Below, in pieces: positions 52,661 to 64,000 of a stretch of 64,000 bases of DNA. The translations under genes and the position numbers were made by a program. Position 1 is the first letter of the stretch. Every line of letters begins with the position of its first letter. The DNA comes from Lepidodermella squamata (taxonomy: Eukaryota > Animalia > Gastrotricha): contig JBLDXI010000017.1 of NCBI GenBank assembly GCA_047495785.1, positions 434,001 to 498,000 on the forward strand. The letters are read 5' to 3'. The notes under the pieces were generated by a model that ran no database searches, was not told the DNA's origin, and was given only the letters and a program-made list of their open reading frames with translations.

Positions 52661-55598
52661 ATGGGAATAAAACTAGAAAATATTACAAATTCTACCGCCG
52701 TACATGCATGCTATGAAGCAACTCAATGTGTTGATGGTATCATTCTACCAGTATGGATTAGGGACGAAAGTGAAGTTGGCGCATTACGATCGGTCGGAAC
52801 CTTCTACAGAGCGGTGATCTACATCGCTGGCCTCGCCTATGTTCTATTCGGTGTCAGCATAGTCACAGATCACATCGTTGAGATAACCCATTACATGGCT
52901 GAGCATAAGCGCAGTGTTAGCATGAAGCTGAAATCAGGGACTATAACAACTGTCAAAGTTCTTGTTTGGCATCCGGCTGTAGCAGCCTTAAGTTTTCACG
53001 TTATCGGAACAAGCTCACCTGAAATTTTGCTCCCGGTCATTGAAATGATCAAATTCCACTTTCATGGTAACGAACTCGGCCCATTTCTCATTATTGGAAG
53101 CGGAGCCTATCATCTCTTCATAATCACAGGTGCGTAACAAAATTTTTACGAGTATTCATGTAATTTGCTATCACTTTTAGCCGTTTGCATGTTCACTGTT
53201 CGAGAACCTGAGGTCAAAGCAATTAAAGACCTCCATTTGTTCTTCACAACTGCTGCTTTCGCGATTTTCGCTTACTTATGGGTGTACCTTCTACTGGACG
53301 TCATATCTCCCAATATCATTGAGTTATGGGAAGCGATTATCACACTGTCCCTCTTTCCGGCTCTGGTAACCGCGGGATATTTAGTTGCTCGGCGTAAACC
53401 TGCTGGCATTGTAACTCGTATAACAAATTTAGCTCTCAAGAGTAATGCTGTGCATCCTTCTCCACATTTACGCCCTCGTTCTGCTAACAACTTACTATCA
53501 GGCACATTGGACAACTTGAATAGTCTGGCGTCTCCCAGCAGCACGAACAGCATTATTTGCCCAATAAACTTTGAAATCGGCGACGAGGAAAGCAGCCGTG
53601 AAATATCCCGAGACTTCCTTCAACTGAAAAGAAATGGCTCTACTGCAAAGCGTTATGCAGTTGGCTTTAAAAACAAATTGGAGAGGCAACCAGAGGTGGA
53701 GATGGAGCGTGAGTTCAATTTTCAATAATTTCTCCAATTATTGTATCCATTACTTTCAGAGGCGGAGAACATCGAATTGGAACAAGAAGTTAAGATAACT
53801 TTCACAAATTACAGAACTCCTAGAGTTAGCCAAGATACCAAGTCGCCAAGCACTGACCAAAGAGGCTCAACGCTGCTCGATATTTTGGAGGCAAATAGCC
53901 GCATTGGCCCAGAAAGTTTAACCCAAGTTATTGGCTTCAAATCTGCGACGCAATCCTGCGAAGAGGGCTGTGGTTCTGTTTCTCTTATAGTCGAGCGATG
54001 GGGCGCTGGGATTGATGAAACAACGCTTTTTGTAGACTTCGAAACAATCCCCGCGACGGCGAAGGGAAACGTGAATTATAGGACAACAAGCGGTTGTTTG
54101 ATTTTTGCTCCTAAGGAGACTCAGGCAGACATTTTGGTCGATATACTTGATGACGATGTCTACGAAAAGGCTGCGAAAGTGTTCAAAGTCAAGCTATCAA
54201 AGCCAACAATATCAGCTCAACATCTAGTAACAGAAGCTGCCGCTATAGGACTCGAAATCCCAACTGCAAGGCGTGAATCTCTTCGACGGACAAAGTCTCA
54301 CACAAATGAATCTGTTTCATCATGGACACCCGCTCCGAAAGCGAAAAGGGTCAGACGAATTATGTTTGATCGAGATGAAATAGCCGTATCGATTGTGGAC
54401 AGTGATCATGGTGGCGTTTTCGCCTTCGAAAAAGCTGAACTTCCCGTACCAGACAACGTAGGAATAGCTCGAATTCGGGTAATAAGAGGAACTGGATCAA
54501 AAGGCCGGGTTATAGTACCGTACCGGATAACTTCAGGTACTGCCAGGCCTCATGAGGATTACATAGCCCAGGCGAACGGTTCCCTGACTTTCGACGACGG
54601 CCAGATAGAATCTTGTATCGAAATTCAAATTATCGACAAAAATCGTTATGGCGAGGTCTACAATTTTTACATACAGCTACAAACGCCTCGATTCGAGGCC
54701 GTAATAGACAAGGCCAGTAGGATCCACGCCCCCTCAATAGGTCATCCGCATCTCGTTCAGGTCGGAATATGCGAGAGCGAGGAGACGCAGGAGGCGCTGC
54801 ATCGATTGATGACTACGCCGGACTTGACACCGCAATTTGTCGGGCAAGAGTGGCGGGATCAGTTTCGCGAGGCTTTGAAAGTTCAGCTGATTGATGACCA
54901 CGACGATTTAGGATGCTTCCGAAGTCACATTCGTCCATACCTATTCTACGTTCTAGCATTGCCATGGAAACTAGCTGTTGCCGCGAAACCACCGAAGCGG
55001 CTACTTCACGGTTGGCTCTCATACTTATTCCTGATAGGAATCATGGCTTTAGCTGCAATTTTCATTGGGGACTGCGCGTCACACCTGGCGTGCACCTTGG
55101 GATTGAAAGATACTATAATGGCCATAACTCTCATTCCATTCGGAATGGGTCTGCCTGATACTTTTGCCAGTCGGAGAGCTGCTATTTTCGAAAAAACAGC
55201 CGACGTGGCTATTGGAGGGATTTTGGGCTCAAACGCAGTGAGTGTCTTCTTAGGAATTGGTCTTTCGTGGACGATCGGAGCTTCGTATCAAACTGCTAAT
55301 GGGAGTTTTTTGAAGGTATGGTTTACCTTATTATCGGTCAGATTTGTTTTATATTTGTTTCTTTCAGATGAACTCGGGGAAGCTTGGATTCAGCGTCATG
55401 CTCTACTGCACATTCGCATCGGCTGGATGTCTCGTCCTGGTGCTCAGGCGGTTGCCTCCAATACGCGGCGAGCTGGGCGGCACTCGAGTGGTGAAACACT
55501 TGTCAACAGCATTTTTCGCCCTTTTGTGGATCTTGTTCATCATTTTAAATATTCTTGAGAATTACTGTGTCATCGGAGGATTTAGGCAATCAAATTAA
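52661..55598 (+). CDS. NCX-like array copy F. Exons 52661-53129, 53181-53708, 53760-55315, 55368-55598
   Basis: GTSSPE / GSGAYH, two Calx-beta domains, GMGLPD / GSNAVS, GELGG. Confidence 0.93.
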
Positions 55599-56250
55599 TG
55601 AAGTGTACTCAGCTTTGCCCGAAGGTGGATTGTCGGCAATTCAGACCCAACGCAGTATTAAAGTTGATTAATTCTCGTGGAAAGTCGCGTGGTTTCAATA
55701 AATTGATCGAGATTCATGCTGTCCTATGAAATTATACGCTGAAACTGAGCCCTACCCTCAAGTATCTTAACGTCTGGAGTAGGCAGAACTCAAGTGAACC
55801 ATAACGTTTTTACAAAGTAAATTACCAATCTCATTGTAAACCATGCACAGGGTAGCAGCTATGCCTTTGTTTCTGTGTCCGGTGTAAAAATGCACCCTGA
55901 GTACAGATTTGCAAATGACCGAGAAAAATACTCGCTCGTAGACATGAACAGGTTCAAATGACGAGGGATCCTTCAACAAAATCAGCCACTTATTAAACGT
56001 TTTTATTATACAGCGAGCCAGTCGAGTTGATTGATTGGAACGTGCTACAGAGCTGTTCTGAAGAATTTCGATGGCCCCTATTTTTTAACGAATGCGAAAT
56101 TTGATACTTTCAGCTTTTGAGCAACTGAGAAGGAAGAAATAAATTAATCAATATTTCACTCACCATAAACTCGGTTGATGCTACTTGACACTACTCACTA
56201 CTACATTATAACTATCGTGGATCTAATAGATACTCAGTAGATACAGGATA

Positions 56251-59092
56251 ATGCAACTAACATATAACTCGAGCGTGAGTGGTCTGAATTCATCTTATTG
56301 CTTTGAAAGCCACACATGTGTCGCCGGCATCGCTCTACCAATTTGGAAACAGATCGCAAACGAAACCGACGCTCTCCGATGGCTAGGCGTAATTTACAAG
56401 GCTATAGTCTACATCGTCGGCCTGGCATACGTATTATTCGGCGTCACCATTGTCACAGATCACATCGTTGAGATTTCACATTACATGGCTGAGCACAAAC
56501 GAAGTGTCAGCTTGAAACTTAAATCCGGGACTACTACAACAGTAAAGGTCTTAGTTTGGCATCCAACTGTAGCAGCTCTGAGTTTCCATGTTGTCGGAAC
56601 CTGCTCAGCCGAAATTTTGCTTCCAGTCATTGAAATGATAAAAAACGATTTCCACAGCAGTGAGCTTGGTCCTTTCCTCATCATTGGAAGTGGTGCTTAC
56701 CATTTATTCATAATCACAGGTAAGTTTTCGTGTATTGCTCAGAAATCCTTCTCAGCAATGTTTTTACAGCTGTGTGCATGTACACTGTCCGTGAATCACC
56801 CGGCAAATCAATCAGAGATTTGCATTTGTTCTTCACGACAGCAGGTTTCGCAATATTCGCGTATCTTTGGGTATTCTTAGCCCTTGATGTCTTTTCACCA
56901 AATATTATTGAACTATGGGAGGCAATTTTCACTCTGTCACTCTTTCCTGTCTTAATTATAACTGCTTATCTGGTAGCACGAAGAAGGCCCGTGGGAATTG
57001 TTACTCGTCTGAATAATCTAGCGCTGAGAAGCAACGTAATTATGCCGGGAATTAGAACGCCATCTCGGGCAACATTATTCACCCCTGAAGTTCCGGAGAG
57101 TTCAAGGAAAAGCGACCCACAAGTTCAAGTAACGCAACAGAGTTTAAGCCCTTACCTAACTGTGGCTCAAAGCGGAACTTTGTCGCCGCAAGCTATCGAG
57201 CGGAGCAACTCGATCAACAGCCGTATTGATACTCTTGCTAAGGAACGACCAGACAGACCGAGATCTGAAATTGAAAGTAATAACCTAATACTTCACATTG
57301 CGATTTAATATTTTTTTAAATCAGGAATGGTCCACTCGGAATCTAAGTTATTTCGGCACTATCGTTTGCGATATAACATCGAAGAGAAACAGCCGGAAAG
57401 TCCTGATCATAGAGACTTGTCACTTCTTGCCATTCTCGAGGCTAACAGCCGTGTTGGGCCAGAGACTTTAACACAGGTAATTGGCTTCAAAACGGCCGAT
57501 CATCGCTGCGAAGAAGGTTGCGGTGCAGTGTCTTTAATCGTAGAACGTTGGGGAGCGGGTGTCGATAACACAACGCTGTTCGTAGACTTCGAGACGGTGC
57601 CTGGAACCGCAAAAGGAAACGTCAATTTCAAAACCACAAGCGGGTGTTTAATCTTTGGACCTGGCGAGCTACAGTCTGAAGTTTTGGTCAACATCTTGGA
57701 CGACGATGTTTACGACAAGGATGTGAAATGGTTCAAAGTCAAGCTGTCGAAACCAACGATAAACACGCAATTTTTGAACCCAAACCGAGTTCAGGTCATG
57801 GGACCAAAGCGGGGCAGGAAAGCTCGAAGAATGGACTCAAGGATTCTAAATGTCCGACGGATAATGTTCGATCGCGATGAAATCACTGTTTCGATTATTG
57901 ACAGCGACCATGCTGGCATCTTCGCCTTCGAAAAAGCTGAAATTCCAGTTCCGGATGATATAGAAGTCGCCGAATTTCGTGTACTGCGAACGATCGGCTC
58001 AAAAGGTCGCGTTGTAGCACCCTACCGAATAACTTCTGGCACGGCACTCTTGCATGAAGACTATATAGCTGAACCGACTGGTTCGCTAACCTTTGACGAC
58101 AAACAAACCGAGGCTTTCATAAAAATTCGAATAATCGACAAAAATCGCTACGGAGAGGTGCATAACTTCTACATCGAACTGCTGACGCCTAATTGCGAAT
58201 TGGATGCCAAAACCACGATCCATGCACCGTCAATAGGCCAGCCTCATATTCTTCAGGTCGGTATTTGTGAAAGTGAGGAAGCTCAAGAGGCTCTGAGGCG
58301 TTTGATGAAAACGCCAGATCTGACCCCTCGTATTGTAGCGAAAGAATGGCGCAAGCAATTCGTTGAAGCGATGAATATTCACCGAAGTGAAGACCGAGAG
58401 GATCTCGGATATTTCGCAGCTAATATCCGACCTTATATTATTCATTTCTTGGCTCTACCTTGGAAATTAGCCATCGCGATTATGCCGCCGAAATGTTTAC
58501 TCCATGGTTGGCTGTCGTACATATTTCTAATCGGAATCATGGTTATCGCAGCAATTTTCATTGGCGATTGCGCTACTAGTCTAGCGTGTACAATCGGCAT
58601 CAAGGAGCCGATAGTTGGAATCACGTTGATTCCTTTCGGACTAGGACTTGCGGATACGTTTGCTAGTCGAAGAGCTGCTATTTTCGAAAAAACTGCTGAT
58701 GTGGCGATTGGAAACATTCTAGGGGCAAATGCAGTCAGTGTCTTTCTAGGAATCGGTCTTTCTTGGACGATAGGCGCTGGCTATCAAAGCGCTCATGGCA
58801 GCGTATTGAAGGTTGGTTTAGATTTCCATATGATCCGGAAATTTATGTGCATTTCATCTTTTCTCAGATGAGCTCGGGAAACCTTGGTTTCAGCGTCATG
58901 CTTTACTGCACATTTGCCTCAGCCGGCGTGTTGGTGCTTCTTCTAAGGAGGCTTCCTCCAGTTCGAGGAGAGCTCGGTGGTCCGAAAATTATCAAAAATG
59001 CATCCACGACCTTTTTCGTCCTCCTATGGATCATTTTCATCATTTTAAATGTTCTTGAGAATTACTGCTTGATTAGCGGCTTTAAGCACTGA
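56251..59092 (+). CDS. NCX-like array copy G (closest to F). Exons 56251-56719, 56770-57276, 57325-58811, 58868-59092
   Basis: GTCSAE / GSGAYH, two Calx-beta domains, GLGLAD / GANAVS, GELGGP; same intron set as F. Confidence 0.93.
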
Positions 59093-59289
59093 TCGATACA
59101 TTTTTAATTAATAAAACAATTGCTTACACGAACAATTTGCCTACTTTCATTTTAGCTTAATCACTAGATTTGCCCGGGGTCAGATGTCAGGTGCATTAGA
59201 AAGCCTATACATCCTGTTTGCTATAGGCTGTTTTCCATATTAAAGCCTTCACTTCCGTCGGCTTGTCATTACATTAACGTCGCTTCGCT

Positions 59290-62148
59290 ATGAATGCCGT
59301 CAATCTTTCTCAGCTTAACATAACCATTAATTATTCAGATAACTCTACAACCGATAGCGACCAATGCTACACGTCCGTGATTCTGGATATTTGGGGCCAA
59401 GATGAAGCTATATTTCAGGCAAACTTCGTCGCTTTTCGGGTCATTGTCTATTTGGCCATATTGTCCTACCTCATGTACGGCTGCAGCCTTATAACGGATC
59501 AAATAGTTGTAGCAGCGGAGATGATTGCTACACAAAGACGGGCTGTTTATGTAACCTTAAAATCCGGGAATAGAGTGGCGACTAATGTAACAACTCCTGC
59601 TTAATTAATTTTTTATTTATTTTCTGCGATTTTTGAGTAGCGCGTTTTGTGGCATCACACAATTGCAGCTTTAACTATTTACGCTATTGGCATCAGTTCC
59701 GTAGAAATTTGCATTCCAATCATCAAAGTCGTTTCACTCAACTTCCAAGGAGATACGCTCGGGCCATCGTTAATTGCCGGCAGTTCTGCATTTCATTTCC
59801 TCCTGAGCACAGGTTAATTAATTACACGCTAATGAATATCGATAGATATTAACCTTTTTATTTAGGAATATGCCTTTGGGTTACACCCGGGTCAGCAGTT
59901 AAAGAGATCAGAGATAGCTACCACGTCCTCATCACAGCGATATTCTTTGCGACTACATACTTGGTACGCACTTTCCTTTTTTGAGATTTTTGCATCAGTT
60001 TCAATTCTTTGAAGTGGTTGTTTCTGATCTCGGATGTGATCTCTCCCGGGGTTGCTGAACTGTGGGAAGCGCTTCTTTTGCTCGCAATATATCCCGCTAT
60101 GGTCATATCTGCTTGGCTGGTGGCCCGCCGGATACCCGTGGGACTGGTTGCTAGGTTAAAATTTCTCATGATGCGGCGCAACGTCAACTTCTTACCAGCT
60201 CCAACCGCCATTTGGTTTACATCGTCACGCTTCTCAACGCAAATGAGTGTCACTAGCGACAGTGGAGAGCGAAAAAATTCGGTTATTCGAATATTGCAAC
60301 TTCAAAAAGAGCATCCTAAGAGGACAAGGGATGAGTTGGAAGGTAATCGCCCCTTTTCAAGTAAATCAAACAATTTGATGCTTTTTTGTTTTTTGCTCAG
60401 AAATCGCAAGATTGGAGGTCAATGATGAAGAGGAGCAGAGGGCGGCCATTTTCTACCGGGATCGAACTCGATCAAGGCATAAGAATGTCAGCTTAAAAGC
60501 ACGCAACTTGGACACCATTCTTGAAGGATTGAGCCGTGAAGGGCCGGAGTCTACGACGCAATGGGTCGGATTTAGGAAGAGCAAACTTTTGGTTGAAGAG
60601 GGATGTGGGGCTGTTCCGATTCCTGTCGAGCGATGGGGCGCTGGAATAGACGAGACAATTCTGATAATAGATTTCGAAACAATCCAGCTCTCTGCAAAAA
60701 GTAACATCAACTTCAAACAGTCAAATGGGTCGATCATTTTCGGTCCGGGTGAACCGCGGTGTGACGTGGTTGTGAACATTTTGAGTGACGACGTCTACAG
60801 CAAGGATGATAAGACATTCCGAGTCAAACTTTCAAGGCCGAAACTCGAGCTTAAATCTGCAACGAAAAGATGGGCATCTGCAAGAAGTTTGAGGCCGACT
60901 CTTTCGCAGATCGAGCCGGTAGTCCAGGTGAATAGGACAACATTCCACCGGGATGAAATTACTATCGCAATAATCGACAGCGATCAATGCGGGACGTTTC
61001 ATTTCGAGAAACGTGACCTGCCCTTGCCGGATGATATCGGCGCAGCTAGTATCAAAGTATACCGGTCGAGGGGCTCAAAATGCGCCGTTCTAGTTCCATA
61101 TCGAATAACACCCGGCAGTGCCAAGCTGAATGACGACTTTTTCGCAGAATCATCTGTATTGGAATTCTCCGAGGGTCAAACTGAGGCTTCAATCACAGTT
61201 TTTATCTTCGATAAAAATCGTTACGGACAGGTTCATAACTTCTACATCGAATTGCTACAACCTCGAACGGAAGCCATCAAGCCAAACATTCGACCACCCA
61301 AGCTTGGTTATCCGTATCAGGTTCAAGTCGGCATTTGCGAGAGTGAGGAGACCTTTGAGGCATTATGTCAGATGAAAAATTCGCAGAGCCTCTCCTGGCA
61401 AGAAATGGCAAACTGTTGGCGGCGGCATGTTTTCGACCAACTAATTGGTGTATTCTTCAAAAATCACGACGAGGACTCCATTCTAACTTGTGCGAAACCT
61501 TATTTTATCCACATGTTCTCTTTCCCGTGGAAATTGCTACTCGCAATCTCGCCTCCGAGTAGAATTTTTCACGGGTGGCCTTCTTTTATCACACTGTTAG
61601 CAGTTATGGTTCTGATATCGATTCTAATCTGCGATTGCTCGTCTCATTTATCTTGCCTAACCGGTGTGAGGGAGTCTGTGATAGGACTAACCATCATCCC
61701 TTTAGGCTTGGGTATGCCTGATACAGCTTTAAGGAGGAAAGCGGCGATCTACGAGAAATTTGCAGATGCAGCTATTGGAAATCTGATCGGAACAAATTTG
61801 GTCAAATCATTGTTAGGCCTTGCAATTTCATGGTTGGCTGGAGCAGCATACCACATCTCCTCCGGAGGGGATTATGAGGTAAGACAATGGTAATAAGAGC
61901 CTAATTGGAAGATTCAAGTATATTTTCAGTTAGCGTTCGCAAAGGATGTTGGTTTCAGCTTCTTACTCTGCTGCATAATGACGACAGCTGGCTTTGCTGT
62001 ATTGCAACTACGTCGGCTATCTCCCATCCAGGGAGAATTAGGAGGACATATTGTCTTGAAGTATATCAGTGCAATTTTCTTTCTATCTCTCTGGATCGCT
62101 TTTGTTACCTTGACTGTCTTGAAAAATTACAGCCTTATACAATTTTAG
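59290..62148 (+). CDS. NCX-like array copy H (highly diverged). Exons 59290-59586, 59641-59812, 59866-59963, 60015-60342, 60401-61878, 61930-62148
   Basis: GISSVE / GSSAFH, two Calx-beta domains, GLGMPD / GTNLVK, GELGG; open after splicing. Confidence 0.9.
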
Positions 62149-62315
62149 TCGAAATGAAATAAAGGATTAAATGACGTGAACACTCAGAAGTTTTGGGCTG
62201 CAGGCTAATAAACATAAATCGATGTGGTTTAATGGTTTGCCCAAAGGGTAGGGATTACAAAGCTGCTACTCACAAAATATATGTCATTGCCTCGGAGTTC
62301 TCGATTTTAGCAAAA

Positions 62316-64000
62316 ATGATAGATGCCGATTTGACTTGCAATGTCTCGGATCATTATGACAATGGATCGTGCCATTCAGAGCGGCATTGTGAGGGAGGTC
62401 TCATTCTACCCGTTTGGGGATTCTCAGAAGCTGAGGAGGAAATGAATCCCTACATCCCAATTATATATCATGCCTTAATTTACATAATATCACTGGGATA
62501 TCTTCTCCTTGGCGTAAGCATCATTACTGACCGACTAGTATCGGCAACTGAGTACATGAGTGACCAGAAAAGAAGCATCGAGGTCACGCTCAGTACGGGG
62601 AATTCTACCCTTATTAAGGTAACTCCTAAACAATTTTCGCAACCCGTTTTTTCACTCAGTTTCAGTTACCGATTTGGCACCCAAACGTGGCAGCACTGAG
62701 TTTGCATGTTATTGGCACAAGTGCTCCAGAGATTTTACTGCCAGTTATTGAAATTTTCAAACTCCGCTTTGAAACAACACACGAGCTCGGGTCTTCACTT
62801 ATTTTGGGAAGTGGAGCTTATCACCTCTTCATCATCACATGTAAGCAAGCGATTTGAAATTGCTACATTTAACCTAATTTTTGGACATTTTAGCTGTGTG
62901 TCTAGCTACAGTGCGCGGAGAAGCTCCAAAGCCAATACGAGATCTAAGATTATTCTTCCTCACAGCTGCATTCGCAATTTCAGCCTATCTATGGGTGTTT
63001 CTTGTCCTTGACATCATTTCGCCTCAACAAATCGAACTGTGGGAGGCTTTGGTCACGCTAGCGCTCTTCCCTACCCTCCTCGTGCTAGCCTGGTTGCAAG
63101 GCAGAAGGACTCCAGTCAGCCTTCTTTCGAGGCTAAACCACGCTGTCCACAAAAGTAGGTCATCAGCTGCAAACCACTTTCGACAGGCAGAATCTGACGC
63201 TGCGTTGAAGCGGTGGAGCATTGTAAGCAGCCGTGTTGAATTTTTAAAGCAAGAATATCCTGGCAAGACGTCGGAGGAGCTACAGGAGATTGCTAGCATG
63301 GAACTTGAAGGTATCGGAGATAACCGGCGACCCTCTGCTTACCGGTTTACGCGACCGAAAACCCCTGCGACGAAAAACCGAACCTTAGCAGACATTCTCG
63401 AGACTCACAACAGGGTTGACCCGGATAAGATTACTCAAAGCGTCGGGTTCCCGATAGCAACAGTAAACTGTGATGAAAACTGCGAGAAAGTCAAGATTCC
63501 GGTCGAAAGATGGGGTACTGGCCTAGACGAAACTTCCCTCTTTGTCGAATTCGAAACCGTGCAAGGTACCGCTAAAGACGGGGTAAACTTCAAAGGCAAG
63601 TCTGGGTGCATTTCGTTTCCTCCTGGAGAAAGTCGGGCATACATAACCATCGAAATCTTGGACGACGATGTTTACAGCAAAGACCCTCGACGTTTCAAAG
63701 TTAAGCTTGCTAAACCAATAGTCAGCTACCCGCGAGTTGAACTTCCAGCTTCCTCTACTCAAACGGCACAAGTTCAGCGGATTATCTTTGAACGGAATGA
63801 ATTGAGCGTATTAATACTGGACAGCGACCATTTCGGCGTCTTTTCGTTTGAAACTTATGACATACCTATACCGGACAACATCGGAGTCGCGAAAATCAAG
63901 GTCAGGAGGACTATGGGTGCGAAGGGATCTGTAGCTGTTTCCTACAGGATCACACCAGGTACCGCAAGACTTGGCGAGGACTACGTCGCTCAACCAGCTG
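62316..64000 (+). CDS. NCX-like array copy I, truncated by window end. Exons 62316-62618, 62666-62840, 62894->64000
   Basis: CEGGLILPVW, GTSAPE / GSGAYH, CBD1 (ILDDDVYS, LDSDHFG) and start of CBD2. Confidence 0.9.

Noticed and set aside
31672-64000. Array as an assembly artefact, pseudogene cluster or alternative-exon cassette of one gene
   Set aside because: Copies are highly diverged with different introns, each has its own start (and stop where visible), and no frameshift or premature stop remains after splicing.

Overview
Intron-containing animal DNA. Short (~50 nt) GT-AG introns, many TTTTCAG/TTTTAG acceptors and tightly packed co-oriented genes suggest a nematode-like genome with trans-splicing; this is inference, not proven. 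Left to right: (i) the 5' half of a canonical Na+/Ca2+ exchanger (NCX/SLC8) gene on the minus strand; (ii) two back-to-back operon-like housekeeping clusters, MEN1-MKKS-GFM2 on minus and FBXO3-NKAP-POLR3F-RRP15-DPH6 on plus, with pogo/Tc2, mariner-type and MULE remnants in introns and spacers; (iii) from 31.7 kb to the window end, a head-to-tail array of at least nine NCX-derived genes (here A-I; eight complete, one truncated by the window). All nine splice into open frames and keep the NCX fold. All have replaced normally invariant ion-coordinating residues (TM3 Asn to His/Gln/Arg; in the eight complete copies alpha-2 GTSxPD to G[M/T/L][G/A]x[P/A][D/G] and loss of the TM8 Asn). They also lack a signal peptide and show eroded Ca2+-sensor domains. 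This array is the main candidate for an undescribed system: a diversified family of NCX-fold transporters or sensors with probably altered ion specificity, including at least one predicted transport-dead member. Exon boundaries and residue alignments were done by eye; reference residue numbers (mature NCX1, NCX_Mj) are from memory.
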